This document shows, piece after piece, positions 47,055 to 61,400 of a DNA stretch of 64,000 nt. The position numbers were made by a program, and so were the translations under genes. Source of the DNA: the human T2T-CHM13v2.0 reference genome, Homo sapiens. The notes beneath the pieces are model-generated. The model did not search any database and was not told the origin of the DNA. It saw only the letters and a program-made list of their open reading frames with translations. The stretch is taken from the NCBI RefSeq assembly GCF_009914755.1, contig NC_060937.1; one strand, written 5' to 3'. The first letter of the stretch is position 1; the number at the start of each line of letters is the position of its first letter.

Positions 47055-50000
47055 TCAAATACACAAAGTATGTATTATATACTGTACATAAAATAGCAAA
47101 GTTCCCAAAATATGCATTATATACTGTACATAAAATATGAAAGTACCCAACCATTTATAATAAAGTCTACATAAAATACCAAAGTACCCAAACTGTGTAT
47201 TATATACTGTCCATAAAATATCAAAGGACCCAAAATATATATCGTAAACTCTACATAAAATATCAAAGTAGCCAAAATACATATTGTATACTGTACATAA
47301 AATATAAAAGTACCCCAAATATGTATTATATACTGTACATAAAATATCAAAGTACCGATAATACATATTATATACTGTACATAAAATATCAGAGGACCCA
47401 AAATAAACATTATATACTGTACATAAAATATCCAAATACTCACAATATATATTACATACTGTACATAAAATATCAAAGTACCCAAATTATGTATTATATA
47501 TTGTACGTAAAATATCAGAGTACCCAAAATATGCATTATATACTGTACATAAAATATGAAAGTAACAATACATTTATAATAAACTGTACATAAAATATCA
47601 AAGTACTCAAACTATATATCATTTACTGTACATAAAATATCAAAGTACCCAAATTGTGTATTATTATATACTGTATATAAAATATCAAAGTACCTGAAAT
47701 ATATATTGTATACTGTACATAAAATATCAAAGTACCCAAAATATATACTATATACTGTACATAAAATATGAAGGTACATCAAATATATATTATATCCTGT
47801 ACATAAAATATCAAAGTACACCTATTATATATTGTGTACTGTACATAATATATTAAATCGCCCAAATATATATTGTATACTGTATATAAAATATGAAGGT
47901 ACTTCAAATATATATTATATGCTGCACATAAAATATCAAAGTACCCAAAGTATGCATTACATACTCTACATAAAATATCAAAGTACACATATTATATATT
48001 ATATAATGTACATAAAATATGAAGGTTCATCAAATATATATTATATTCTGTACATAATATATCAAAGTACATCAAATATATATTATATACGGTACATAAA
48101 ATATCAAAGTACCAAAAATATGTATTATATACTGTACATAAAACATGAAAGTAACCAAACATTTATAATAACCTGTACATTAAATATCAAAGTACTCAAT
48201 GTACATATTATATACAGTATATAAAATATCAAAGTACACAAACTGTATATTATATACTGTACATAATATATCAAAGTACCCAGAATATATAGCATACTGT
48301 ACATAAAATATCAAAGTACCCAAAATATATATTGTATACTGTACATAAAATATGAAGGTACATCAAAGATATATTATATTCTGTACATAAAATATCAAAC
48401 TACACCAAATATATATTATATGCTGTACATAATATATTAAAGTTGCCCATATATGCATTATATACTGTACATAAAATATGAACGTACATCAAATATATAG
48501 TATATGCTGCACATAAAATATCAAAGTACCCAAAGTATGTATTATACACTGTACATAAAATATCAAAGTACCAAAAGTATATATTACATACTGTAAATAA
48601 AATATGAAGGTACGTCAAATATATATTCTATTCTATACATAAAATATCAAAGTACACCAAGTATATACTATATATTCTGCATAAAATATTAAATTACCCG
48701 AAATATGTATTGTATTGTGTACATAAAATATGAAAGTAACCAAACATTTATAATAAACTGTACATAAAATATCAAAGTACTCAAACTGTATATTATATAC
48801 TGTACATAAAGTATCAAAGTACCCAAACTGTGTAGTATATACTGTACATAAAATATCAAGGTACCCAAAATATATATTGTAAACTGTAGATAAAATATCA
48901 AAGTACCCAAAATATATATTATATACTGTACATGAAATATGAAGGCACATCCAATATATATTATACTCTGTACATAAAATATCAAAGTACACCAAATGTA
49001 TATTCTATACTGTACATAAAATATCAAAGTACCCAAAGTGTATATTATATACTGTACATAAAATATGAAGGTTCATCAAATATATTTTATATTCTGCACA
49101 TAATATATCAAAGTACAGCAAATATATAGTATATACTGTACATAAAATATCAAAGTACCCAAAATATGTATTATATACTGTACATAAAATATGAAAGTAA
49201 CCAAACATTTATAATACACTGTACATAAAGTATCAAAGTACTCAAACTACATATTATATACAGCATATAAAATGTCAAAGTACCCATACTGTATATTATA
49301 TACTGTACATAATATATCAAAGTACCCGAATATATAGCATACTGTACATAAAATATCAAAGTACCCAAAGTGTGTATTATACACTGCACATAAAATATGA
49401 AGGTATATAAAATATATATTGTATTCTGTACATAAAATATCAAAGTACTCCAAATATATATTATATGCTGTACATAATATATTAAAGTTGCCCAAATATA
49501 TATTATATACTGTACATAAAATATGAAGGTACGTCAAATATATAGTATATGCTGCACATAAAATATCAAAGTACCCAAAGTATGTATTATATACTGTACA
49601 TAAAATATCAAAGTACCCAAAGTATATATTATATACTGTACATAAAATATAAAATACCACAAATATATATTATGTGCTGTACATAAAATATCAAAGTACA
49701 CAAAATATGTATTATGTACTGTACATAAAATATCAAAGGACCCAAAATATATATTATATACTGTACATAAAATATAAAAATACCCAAAATATATATTACA
49801 TACTGTACATAAATTACCAAAGTACCCAAAGTATATATTATGTACCGTACAAAAAATATCAAAGTAGCCAAAATATGTATTATACACTGTACTTAATATA
49901 TGAAAGTACCCAAATATTTATAATAAACTGTAAATAAAATATCAATGTACTCAAACTATATATTATGTGCGGTACATAAGATATCAAAGTACCCACGCTA

Positions 50001-50067
50001 TATAGTATATACTGTACTTAAAATATCAAAATACCCAAAATATATATTATATACGTTACATAAACTA
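47055..50067 (+). repeat. 3,013-bp HOR (undeleted relative of the 649-bp and 377-bp deletion variants)
   Basis: Landmark spacing; shares diagnostic SNVs with the deleted variants. Confidence 0.85.
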
Positions 50068-53000
50068 TCAAATACACAAAGTATGTATTATATACTGTAC
50101 ATAAAATAGCAAAGTTCCCAAAATATGTATTATATACTGTACATAAAATATGAAAGTACCCAACCATTTATAATAAACTCTACATAAAATACCAAAGTAC
50201 CCAAACTGTGTATTATATACTGTCCATAAAATATCAAAGTACCCAAAATATATATTGTAAACTCTACATAAAATATCAAAGTAGCCAAAATACATATTGT
50301 ATACTGTACATAAAATATAAAAGTACCCCAAATATATATTATATACTGTACATAAAATATCAAAGTACCCATAATACATATTATATACTGTACATAAAAT
50401 ATCAAAGGACCCAAAATAAACATTATATACTGTACATAAAATATCCAAATACTCAAAATATATATTACATACTGTACATAAAATATCAAAGTACCCAAAT
50501 TATGCATTATATACTGTACGTAAAATATCAGAGTAACCAAAATATGCATTATATACTGTACATAAAAAATGAAAGTAACAAAACATTTATAATAAACTGT
50601 ACATAAAATATCAAAGTACTCAAACTATATATCATATACTGTACATAAAATATCAAAGTACCCAAACTCTGTATTATTATATACTGTATATAAAATATCA
50701 AAGTACCTGAAATATATATTGTATACTGTACATAAAATATCAAAGTACCCAAAATATATACTATATACTGTACATAAAATATGAAGGTACATCAAATGTA
50801 TATTATATCCTGTACATAAAATATCAAAGTACACCTATTATATATTGTGTACTGTACATAATATATTAAATCGCCCAAATATATATTGTATACTGTATAT
50901 AAAATATGAAGTTACTTCAAATATATATTATATGCTGCACATAAAATATCAAAGTACCCAAAGTATGCATTACATACTGTACATAAAATATCAAAGTACA
51001 CAAATTATATATTATATACTGTACATAAAATATGTAGGTTCATCAAATATATTTTATATTCTGTACATAATATATCAAAGTACATCAAATATATATTATA
51101 TACGGTACATAAAATATCAAAGTACCCAAAATATGTATTATATACTGTACATAAAACATGAAAGTAACCAAACATTTATAATAAACTGTACATAAAATAT
51201 CAAAGTACTCAATCTACATATTATATACAGTATATAAAATATCAAAGTACACAAACTGTATATTATATACTGTACATAATATATCAAAGTACCCAGAATA
51301 TATAGCATACTGTACATAAAATATCAAGGTACCCAAAATATATATTGTATACTGTTCATAAAATATGAAGGTACATCAAAGATATATTATATTCTGTGCA
51401 TAAAATATCAAAGTACAACAAATATATATTATATGCTGTACATAATATATTAAAGTTGCCCATATATACATTATATACTGTACATAAAATATGAAGGTAC
51501 ATCATATATATAGTATATGCTGCACATAAAATATCAAAGTACCCAAAGTATGTATTATACACTGTACATAAAATATCAAAGTACCAGAAGTATATATTAC
51601 ATACTGTAAATAAAATATGAAGGTACCTCAAATATATATTATATTCTGTACATAAAATATCAAAGTACACCAAGTATATACTATATACTATGCATAAAAT
51701 ATTAAATTACCTAAAATATGTATTGTATTGTGTACATAAAATATGAAAGTAACCAAACATTTATAATAAACTGTACATAAGATATCAAATTACTCAAACT
51801 GTATATTATATACTGTACATAAAGTATCAAAGTACCCAAACTGTGTAGTATATACTGTACATAAAATATCAAGGTACCCAAAATATATATTGTAAACTGT
51901 AGATAAAATATCAAAGTACCCAAAATATATATTAAATACTGTACATAAAATATGAAGGCACATCCAATATATATTATATTCTGTACATAAAATATGAAAG
52001 TACACCAAATGTATATTATATACTGTACATAAAATATCAAAGTACCCAAAGTGTATATTATATACTGTACATAAAATATGAAGGTTCATCAAATATATTT
52101 TATATTCTGCACATAATATATCAAAGTACAGCAAATATATATTATATACTGTACATAAAATATCAAAGTACCCAAAATATGTATTATATACTGTACATAA
52201 AATGTGAAAGTAACCAAACATTTATAATAAACTGTACATAAAATATCAAAGTACTCAAACTACATATTATATACAGTATATAAAATATCAAAGTACCCAA
52301 ACTGTATATTATATACTGTACATAATATATCAAAGTACCCGAATATATAGCATACTCTACATAAAATATCAAAGTACCCAAAATATATATTGTATACTGT
52401 ACATAAAATATGAAGGTACATGAAAGATATATTATATTCTGTACATAAAATATCAAAGTACACCAAATATATATTATATGCTGTACATAATATATTAAAG
52501 TCGACCAAATATATATTATATACTGTGCATAAAATATGAAGTTACATCAAATATATATTATATGCTGCACATAAAATATAAAAGTACCCAAAGTATGTAT
52601 TATATACTCTACATAAAATATCAAAGTACCCAAAATATATATTATATACTGTACATAAAATATAAAATACCCCAAATATATATTATATGTTGTACATAAA
52701 ATATCAAAATACAGAAAATATTTATTATATACTGTACATAAAATACCAAAGGACCCAAAATATATATTATATACTGTACATAAAATATCAAAATACCCAT
52801 AATATATATTATATACTGTACATAAAATACCAAAGTACCCAAAGTATATATTATATACCGTACAAAAAATATCAAAGTAGCCAAAATATGTATTATACAC
52901 TGTACATAATATATGAAAGTACCCAAACATTTATAATAAACTGTACATAAAATACCAATGTACTCAAACTATGTATTATGTGCGGTACATAAGATATCAA

Positions 53001-53080
53001 AGTACCCTTACTATATAGTATGTACTGTACTTAAAATATCAAAATACCCAAAATATATATTATATACGTTACATAAACTA
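50068..53080 (+). repeat. 3,013-bp HOR, rich in variants not seen elsewhere in the window
   Basis: Landmark spacing; many substitutions I saw only here. Confidence 0.85.
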
Positions 53081-55464
53081 TCACATACACAAAGTATGTA
53101 TTATATACTGTACATAAAATAGCAAAGTTCCCAAAATATGTATTATATACTGTACATAAAATATGAAAGTACCCAACCATTTATAATAAACTCTACATAA
53201 AATACCAAAGTACCCAAACTGTGGATTATATACTGTCCATAAAATATAAAAGTACCCAAAATATATATTGTAAACTCTACATAAAATATCAAAGTAGCCA
53301 AAATACATATTGTATACTGTACATAAAATATAAAAGTACCCCAAATATATATTATATACTGTACATAAAATATCAAAGTACCCATAATACATATTATATA
53401 CTGTACATAAAATATCAAAGGACCCAAAATAAACATTATATACTGTACATAAAATATCCAAATACTCACAATATATATTACATACTGTACATAAAATATC
53501 AAAGTACCCAAATTATGTATTATATATTGTACGTAAAATATCAGAGTACCCAAAATATGCATTATATACTGTACATAAAATATGAAGGTACATCAAATAT
53601 ATAGTATATGCTGCACATAAAATATCAAAGTACCCAAAGTATGTATTATATACTGTACATAAAATATCAAAGTACCAAAAGTATATATTACCTACTGTAA
53701 ATAAAATATGAAGATACCTCAAATATATATTATATTCTGTACATAAAATATCAAAGTACACCAAGTATATACTATATACTCTGCATAAAATATTAAATTA
53801 CCCAAAATATGTATTGTATTGTGTACATAAAATATGAAAGTAACCAAACATTTATAATAAACTGTACATAAAATATCAAAGTACTCAAACTTTATATTAT
53901 ATACTGTACATAAAGTATCAAAGTACTCAAACTGTGTAGTATATACTGTACATAAAATATCAAGGTACCCAAAATGTATATTGTAAACTGTAGATAAAAT
54001 ATCAAAGTACCCAAAATATATATTATATACTGTACATAAAATATGAAGGCACATCCAATATATATTATATTCTGTACATAAAATATCAAAGTACACCAAA
54101 TGTATATTATATACTGTACATAAAATATAAAACTACCCCAAATATATCTTATATACTCTACATAAAATATCAAAGTACCCAAAATATATATTATATACTG
54201 TACATAAAATATCAAAGTACCCATAGTATGTATTATATCCTGTACATAAAATATGAAGGTACATCAAATATATATTCTATTCTGCACATAAAATATCATA
54301 TTGCACCAAATATATATTGTATACTGTATATAAAATATGAAGGTACTTCAAATATATATTATATGCTGCACATAAAATATCAAAGTACCCAAAGTATGCA
54401 TTATATACTGTACATAAAATATCAAAGTACCCAAAGTGTATATTATGTACTGTACATAAAATATGAAGGTTCATCAAATATATTTTATATTCTGCACATA
54501 ATATATCAAAGTACAGCAAATATATATTATATATTGTACATAAAATAACAAAGTACCAAAAATATGTATTATATACTGTACATAAAATATGAAAGTAACC
54601 AAATATTTATAATAAACTGTATATAAAATATCAAAGTACTCAAACTACATATTATATACAGTATATAAAATATCAAAGTACCCAAACTATATATTATATA
54701 CTGTACATACTATATCAAAGTACCCAAATATATAGCATACTGTCCATAAAATATCAAAGTACCCAAAATATATATTGTATACTGTACATAAAATATGAAG
54801 GTACATCAAAGATATATTATATCCTGTACATAAAATATCAAAGTACACCAAATATATATTATATGCTGTACATAATATATTAAAGTCGACCAAATATATA
54901 TTATATACTGTACATAAAATATGAAGGTACCTCAACTATATATTATATGCTGCACATAAAATATCAAAGTACCCAAAGTATGTATTATATACTGTACATA
55001 AAATATCAAAGTACCCAAAGTATATATTATATACTGTACATAAAATATAAAATACCCCAAATATATATTATATGCTGTACATAAAATATCAAAGTACACA
55101 AAATATGTATTATGTACTGTACATACAATATAAAGGACCCAAAATATATACTATATACTGTACATAAAATATCAAAATACCCAAAATATATATTATATAC
55201 TGTACATAAAATACCAAAGTACCCAAAGTATATATTATATACCGTACAAAAAATATCAAAGTAGCCAAAATATGTATTATACACTGTACATAATATATGA
55301 AAGTACCCAAACATTTATAATAAACTGTACATAAAATATCAATGTACTCAAACTATGTATTATGTGCGGTACATAACATATCAAAGTACCCATACTATAT
55401 AGTATGTACTGTACTTAAAATATCAAAATACCCAAAATATATATTATATACGTTACATAAACTA
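53081..55464 (+). repeat. HOR variant 2,384 bp
   Basis: Junction near 53584; cassette at 54118. Confidence 0.85.
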
Positions 55465-58400
55465 TCAAATACACAAAGTATGTATTATATACTGCACATA
55501 AAATAGCAAAGTTCCCAAAATATGTATTATATACTGTACATAAAATATGAAAGTACCCAACCATTTATAATAAACTCTACATAAAATACCAAAGTACCCA
55601 AACTGTGTATTATATACTGTCCATAAAATATCAAAGTACCCAAAATATATATTGTAAACTGTACATAAAATATCAAAGTAGCCAAAATACATATTGTATA
55701 CTGTACATAAAATATGAAAGTACCCCAAATATGTATTATATACTGTACATAAAATATCAAAGTACCCATAATACATATTATATACTGTACATAAAATATC
55801 AAAGGACCCAAAATAAACATTATATACTGTACATAAAATATCCAAATACTCAAAATATATATTACGTACTGTACATAAAATATCAAAGTAACCAAATTAT
55901 GTATTATATACTGTACGTAAAATATCAGAGTACCCAAAATATGCGTTATATACTGTACATAAAATATGAAAGTAACAAAACATTTATAATAAACTGTACA
56001 TAAAATATCAAACTACTCAAACTATATATCATATACTGTACATAAAATATCAAAGTACCCAAACTGTGTATTATTATATACTGTATATAAAATATCAAAG
56101 TACCTGAAATATATACTGTATACTGTACATAAAATATCAAAGTACCCAAAATATATACTATATACTGTACATAAAATATGAAGGTACATCAAATATATAT
56201 TATATCCTGTACATAAAATATCAAAGTACACCTATTATATATTGTGTACTGTACATAATATATTAAATCGCCCAAATATATATTGTATACTGTATATAAA
56301 ATATGAAGGTACTTCAAATATATATTATATGCTGCACATAAAATATCAAAGTACCCAAAGTATGCATTACATACTGTACATAAAATATCAAAGTACACAT
56401 ATTATCTATTATATAATGTACATAAAATATGAAGGTTCATCAAATATATATTATATTCTGTACATAATATATCAAAGTACATCAAATATATATTATATAC
56501 TGTACATAAAATATCAAAGTACCAAAAATATGTATTATATACTGTACATAAAACATGAAAGTAACCAAACATTTATAATAAACTGTACATAAAATATCAA
56601 AGTACTCAATCTACATATTATATACAGTATATAAAATATCAAAGTACACAAACTGTATATTATATACTGTACATAATATATCAAAGTACCCAGAATATAT
56701 AGCATACTGTACTTAAAATATCAAAGTACCCAAAATATATATTGTATACTGTACATAAAATATGAAGGTACATCAAAGATATATTATATTCTGTACATAA
56801 AATATCAAAGTACACCAAATATATATTATATGCTGTACATAATATATTAAAGTTGCCCATATATACATTATATACTGTACATAAAATATGAACGTACATC
56901 AAATATATAGTATATGCTGCACATAAAATATCAAAGTACCCAAAGTATGTATTATACACTGTACATAAATTATCAAAGTACCAAAAGTATATATTACATA
57001 CTGTAAATAAAATATGAAGGTACCTCAAATATATATTATATTCTGTACATAAAATATCAAAGTACACCAAGTATATACTATATACTCTGCATAAAATATT
57101 AAATTACCCAAAATATGTATTGCATTGTGTACATAAAATATGAAAGTAACCAAACATTTATAATAAACTGTACATAAAATATCAAAGTACTCAAACTGTA
57201 TATTATATACTGTACATAAAGTATCAAAGTACCCAAACTGTGTAGTATATACTGTACATAAAATATCAAGGTACCCAAAATATATATTGTAAACTGTAGA
57301 TAAAATATCAAAGTACCCAAAATATATATTATATACTGTACATAAAATATGAAGGCACTTCCAATATATATTATATTCTGTACATAAAATATCAAAGTAC
57401 ACCAAATGTATATTATATACTGTACATAAAATATCAAAGTACCCAAAGTGTATATTATATACTGTACATAAAATATGAAGATTCATCAAATATATTTTAT
57501 ATTCTGCACATAATATATCAAAGTACAGCAAATATATATTATATACTGTACATAAAATATCAAAGTACCCAAAATATGTATTATATACTGTACATAAAAT
57601 ATGAAAGTAACCAAACATTTATAATAAACTGTACATAAAGTAACAAAGTACTCAAACTACATATTATATACAGTATATAAAATGTCAAAGTACCCAAACT
57701 GTATATTATATACTGAACATAATATATCAAAGTACCCGAATATATAGCATACTGTACATAAAATATCAAAGTACCCAAAGTGTGTATTATACACTGCACA
57801 TAAAATATGAAGGTACATAAAATATATATTGTATTCTGTACATAAAATATCAAAGTACTCCAAATATATATTACATGCTGTACATAATATATTAAAGTCG
57901 CCCAAATATATATTATATACTGTACATAAAATATGAAGGTACATCAAATATATATTATATGCTGCACATAAAATATCAAAGTACCCAAAGTATGTGTTAT
58001 ATACTGTACATAAAATATCAAAGTACCCAAAGTATATATTATATACTGTACATAAAATATAAAATACCCCAAATATATATTATATGCTGTACATAAAATA
58101 TGAAAGTACACAAAATATGTATTATATACTGTACATAAAATACCAAAGGACCCAAAATATATATTATATACTGTACATAAAATATCAAAATACCCAAAAT
58201 ATATATTATATACTGTACATAAAATACCAAAGTACCCAAAGTATATATTATATACCGTACAAAAAATATCAAAGTAGCCAAAATATGTATTATACACTGT
58301 ACATAATATATGAAAGTACCCAAACATTTATAATAAACTGTACATAAAATATCAATGTACTCAAACTATATATTATGTGCGCTACATAAGATATCAAAGT

Positions 58401-58477
58401 ACCCATACTATATAGTATATACTGTACTTAAAATATCAAAATACCCAAAATATATATTATATACGTTACATAAACTA
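55465..58477 (+). repeat. Canonical 3,013-bp HOR
   Basis: Landmark spacing; similar to 16225-19237 at offset 39,240. Confidence 0.88.
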
Positions 58478-61400
58478 TCAAATACACAAAGTATGTATTA
58501 TATACTGTACATAAAATAGCAAAGTTCCCAAAATATGTATTATATACTGTACATAAAATATGAAAGTACCCAACCATTTATAATAAAGTCTACATAAAAT
58601 ACCAAAGTACCCAAACTGTGTATTATATACTGTCCATAAAATATCAAAGGACCCAAAATATATATCGTAAACTCTACATAAAATATCAAAGTAGCCAAAA
58701 TACATATTGTATACTGTACATAAAATATAAAAGTACCCCAAATATATATTATATACTGTACATAAAATATCAAAGTACCCATAATACATATTATATACTG
58801 TACATAAAATATCAAAGGACCCAAAATAAACATTATATACTGTACATAAAATATCCAAATACTCAAAATATATATTACATACTGTACATAAAATATCAAA
58901 GTACCCAAATTATGTATTATATACTGTACGTAAAATATCAGAGTACCCAAAATATGCATTATATACTGTACATAAAATATGAAAGTAACAAAACATTTAT
59001 AATAAACTGTACATAAAATGTCAAAGTACTCAAACTATATATCATATACTGTACATAAAATATCAAAGTACCCAAACTGTGTATTATTACATACTGTATA
59101 TAAAATATCAAAGTACCTGAAATATATATTTTATACTGTACATAAAATATCAAAGTACCCAAAATATATACTATATACTGTACATCAAATATATATTATA
59201 TCCTGTACATAAAATATCAAAGTACTCCTATTATATATTGTGTACTGTACATAATATATTAAATCGCCCAAATATATATTGTATACTGTATATAAAATAT
59301 GAAGGTACTTCAAATATATATTATATGCTGCACATAAAATATCAAAGTACCCAAAGTATGCATTACATACTGTACATAAAATATCAAAGTACACAAATTA
59401 TATATTATATTCTGTACATAAAATATGTAGGTTCATCAAATATATTTTATATTCTGTACATAATATATCAAAGTACATCAAATATATATTATATACGGTA
59501 CATAAAATATCAAAGTACCCAAAATATGTACTATTTACTGTACATAAAATATGAAAGTAACCAAACTTTTATAATAAACTGTACATAAAATATCAAAGTA
59601 CTCAATCTACATATTATATACAGTATATAAAATATCAAAGTACACAAACTGTATATTATATACTGTACATAATATATCAAAGTACCCAGAATATGTAGCA
59701 TACTGTACATACAATATCAAAGTACCCAGAATGTATATTGTATACTGTACATAAAATATGAAGGTACATCAAAGATATATTATATTCTGTACATAAAATA
59801 TCAAACTACACCAAATATATATTATATGCTGTACATAATATATTAAAGTTGCCCATGTATACATTTTATACTGTACATAAAATATGAAGGTACATCAAAT
59901 ATATAGTATATGCTGCACATAAAATATCAAAGTACCCAAAGTATGTATTATATACTGTACATAAAATATCAAAGTACCAAAAGTATATATTACCTACTGT
60001 AAATAAAATATGAAGATACCTCAAATATATATTATATTCTGTACATGAAATATCAAAGTACACCAAGTATATACTATATACTCTACATAAAATATTAAAT
60101 TACCCAAAATATGTATTGTATTGTGTACATAAAATATGAAAGTAACCAAACATTTATAATAAACTGTACATAAAATATCAAAGTACTCAAACTTTATATT
60201 ATATACTGTACATAAAGTATCAAAGTACCCAAACTGTGTAGTATATACTGTACATAAAATATCAAGGTACCCAAAATGTATATTGTAAACTGTAGATAAA
60301 ATATCAAAGTACCCAAAATATATATTATATACTGTACATAAAATATGAAGGCACATCCAATATATATTATATTCTGTACATAAAATATCAAAGTACACCA
60401 AATGTATATTATATACTGTACATAAAATATAAAACTACCCCAAATATATCTTATATACTCTACATAAAATATCAAAGTACCCAAAATATATATTATATGC
60501 TGTACATAAAATATCAAAGTACCCATAGTATGTATTATATCCTGTACATAAAATATGAAAGTACGTCAAATATATATTCTATTCTGCACATAAAATATCA
60601 TATTGCACCAAATATATATTGTATACTGTATATAAAATATGAAGGTACTTCAAATATATATTATATGCTGCACATAAAATATCAAAGTACCCAAAGTATG
60701 CATTATATACTGTACATAAAATATCAAAGTACCCAAAGTGTATATTATATACTGTACATAAAATATGAAGGTTCATCAAATATATTTTATATTCTGCACA
60801 TAATATATCAAAGTACAGCAAATATATATTATATACTGTACATAAAATAACAAAGTACCAAAAATATGTATTATATACTGTACATAAAATATGAAAGTAA
60901 CCAAATATTTATAATAAACTGTATATAAAATATCAAAGTACTCAAACTACATATTATATACAGTATATAAAATATCAAAGTACCCAAACTGTATATTATA
61001 TACTGTACATACTATATCAAAGTACCCGAATATATAGCATACTGTACATAAAATATCAAATTACCCAAAATATATATTGTATACTGTACATAAAATATGA
61101 AGGTACATCAAAGATATATTATATTCTGTACATAAAATATCAAAGTACACCAAATATATATTATATGCTGTACATAATATATTAAAGTCGACCAAATATA
61201 TATTATATACTGTACATAAAATATGAAGATACATCAAATATATATTATATGCTGCACATAAAATATCAAAGTACCCAAAGTATGTATTATATACTGTACA
61301 TAAAATATCAAAGTACCCAAAGTATATATTATATACTGTACATAAAATATAAAATACCCCAAATATATATTATATCCAGTACATAAAATATCAAAGTACC

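Noticed and set aside
6078-55097. A strict 24.5-kb (or 12.1-kb) tandem super-period
   Set aside because: The offsets hold only over limited blocks and then change (21,487; 16,467; 25,509), so the structure is a mosaic rather than a regular period.
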